This document shows, one piece after another, positions 62,011 through 64,000 of a DNA stretch of 64,000 nucleotides. Positions within the stretch are counted from its first letter, which is position 1. Each line of letters opens with the position of its first letter. This stretch comes from Botryllus schlosseri. Lineage: Eukaryota. A program made the position numbers and the translations under genes. Below the pieces are notes generated by a model. The model was not told the origin of the DNA, did not search any database, and saw only the letters and a program-made list of their open reading frames with translations. The stretch is taken from assembly GCA_051294905.1 (NCBI GenBank), contig CM119372.1:40178001-40242000 (forward strand), written 5' to 3'.

Positions 62011-62394
62011 TCTCGGTTCACTTACTGACTAAAATGTTCCTACCATCATTTGTGACATTGGAGATAAACATTGGCATCAGTGCATTTTGGCAAAATGCAA
62101 TTCAACAGATAAGGATTCTCAAACAACTAGTGAACAAATAGGGACCTGATTTTGCTAGCAATGACATGAAATCAGACATGAGGGCTGTAGCAATAACTAA
62201 GAACTCGTACGCTCGCAGTAAAGCGTCGCCAGAAGGGCAAAATAATGAGATTGCCTTTGCTGACAATGCTAGCCTTATGGAGGCCAAAGTCACTCTGGCC
62301 AACCGTCCACAAGGAAACGGTAAAGCGGTGAGAATCGTCCATTTTGCTTAGCCGGAGATGGCAGTAGTTCGGGGCTTGGTATATGGTGCTAGAA

Positions 62395-63315
62395 CAGTGG
62401 TCGGGAACCTTTTTTGTCCGAAGATAAAATTGGCCCTATTTCTTACATCTTAACTGCCAAAGAGCCATATATGCCAATCAACTGTTACGTCACAATTGAA
62501 AATTCGTGACGTCATGGTAGCACTAATTCGATCTGACTACATGGGATTGCTCGTGTGCGTCATATTTTCTCTGTAAAAACTGGTATTTATTGTTCGAAAA
62601 TAAAGTTTGAAACGAGAGGTAAGGCACAGACAGGCTATGCAAGCCTCACCATTGATAACGCAATTCATCGTAAGTAGCTTAGAATTTATTATAACTGATT
62701 TTAATCGAATGTGACTGTCACACTGATTCCAAAAATCTAAATACTTATCGACTTCTCAAAGTCTTCGGCGGTATAACGTAACGTCGCGCTACAGGCATAT
62801 ATTTTACCGCCTGTACTACACAGAGCTATACTTACCAATCAAGAACGTGGATGGCTATGGCGTTGTTTGTAATTCGAGTTTGTAATTGTGAATGTCACAT
62901 CCACACCAGTTCATTTCGCGCCGTGGATCAAAAAGACAAGGTGCATTTGAAAACTGCGTTTTGAAATGGGCGCCGCCATGTTCTTTGATTAATCAACGTA
63001 TCGCACAATGCAAGATTTCGAGTCGGGTACACATAATTCGCAAGTGATATTGGCCGACGGCGTGACAGTAACTTAAATTAGATAATTTTGAAATGAGGGG
63101 CTCGAGCCCCTAAACTTGAAGATGGCATTTTCTTTACCTCTCAAGGACATGTTTATACTGCCACGAGAATAATTATTCTGGCCGTGATGAAAATTTACCA
63201 AAAAGTCGCTGCAATATTGAACAATTCAGCACAAAAATAAATATTTGGCAAAGAGCCATATCTTATACCCAAAAGAGCCATATATGGCTCGCGAGCCATA
63301 GGTTCCCGACCACTG
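62395..63315. mobile_element. hAT-Charlie-type MITE inserted in the outer hAT copy
   Basis: CAGTGGTCGGGAACCT TIRs, TSD TGCTAGAA/TGCTAGAG and AAGAGCCATAT subterminal motifs. Confidence 0.88.
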
Positions 63316-64000
63316 TGCTAGAGAGTGACATTTTAGGGTTTCGATCGTAATTAATTATGTTCATGATGGTGTATATCCATGAGATTTTTCGGTAGTGAGT
63401 CTGCTGAGTCGAGGTAAAATTGCCTTGTCCAGATAAACGTGCTACCACAGAGAGTCGTTGACAGTCTTTCGCCCCGTATGCCGTGGATTTAACCGACCAT
63501 GTCAAGTCAAATAATATTATTCTCTTCGACAATATCGAGAGAAGGAGTGTTTGGGAGTCGAACCAAGCACCTTGTCGTGCTACCTTCCTGAATGCTGATT
63601 GTTCACTACCACCAGACGTAGGCTACTCTGGCTACTACGGATACAATGCGCCGCATGAAAACACCTGGAACAGCTATACCTGGCCAATGGCCATACACAA
63701 AACCAGTGCCGAAAAGGCACTTCGTCAGTCAACCCCCCGAAAAACGTTAGTCTTGGGCCCCACAGCTAGATGGATGCTTTCACCACTGCTTGAGAGCACA
63801 TCCGTTCTACTAAGTGCCGGCAGAGAGTTTACGTAGCCTAATCGCTAGAAGCGTGGAAATTTTCTATAATTCATGACCGAATCCGTCAATAATATTGGTG
63901 ATTGCGTAGACATTGCTACATTTTATCCTATCAGAATCAGATTCTCCGGTAGAGCTGAGTGAGGTGTCGTGTTGGAAAATTTATGGCATGTAATCAAATG

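Larger units (their letters stand above)
57073..62340. mobile_element. ISL2EU (PIF/Harbinger-related)-type element, degenerate
   Basis: GGACGATT(T/C)TCA TIRs with an AT TSD. It interrupts the right subterminal region of P copy B. A THAP remnant on + and a YqaJ remnant on - are convergent. Confidence 0.8.
23465..62378 (-). mobile_element. P-element/THAP9-like transposon copy B, expanded to 38.9 kb by nested insertions
   Basis: CA...TG ends with a perfect 8-bp TSD GTATATGG (23457-23464/62379-62386). Pieces 23465-23561, 27507-28472, 53637-57072 and 62343-62378 are largely collinear with copy A. Confidence 0.85.
23334..64000 (+). mobile_element. hAT-Charlie-type element split by nested insertions (outermost layer); right end beyond the window
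   Basis: Starts CAGTGGTTCTCA after GACTAGAA. 23334-23464, 62387-62394 and 63324-64000 are collinear with the complete copy at 58160-60765. Confidence 0.8.

Overview
AT-rich invertebrate (metazoan) genomic DNA; a tunicate-like compact genome is my guess only. There are two host genes: an intronless SmB/SNRPB gene (3436-3966, +) and a two-exon gene of unknown function (14727-11781, -) whose protein is almost entirely ~21 degenerate 14-16 aa repeats. The rest is mobile DNA. From 23334 to the window end lies a nest of transposons resolved mostly by target-site duplications (TSDs): a hAT element contains a P/THAP9-like element, which contains a second P copy, a 25-kb CACTA/EnSpm-type element and an ISL2EU-type element. 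Inside the CACTA-type element is a LINE fragment split by the most striking object in the window: a 13,083-bp near-perfect palindrome (39223-52305; 6,055-bp arms, 973-bp spacer). It has Polinton/Maverick-type AGTAGT termini and a 6-bp TSD, but no recognisable Polinton core genes. Two ~4.7-kb foldback elements with AAAATAT-containing 8-bp TSDs are also present, one carrying a USP-like deubiquitinase ORF. All calls were made by eye; no database searches were run.
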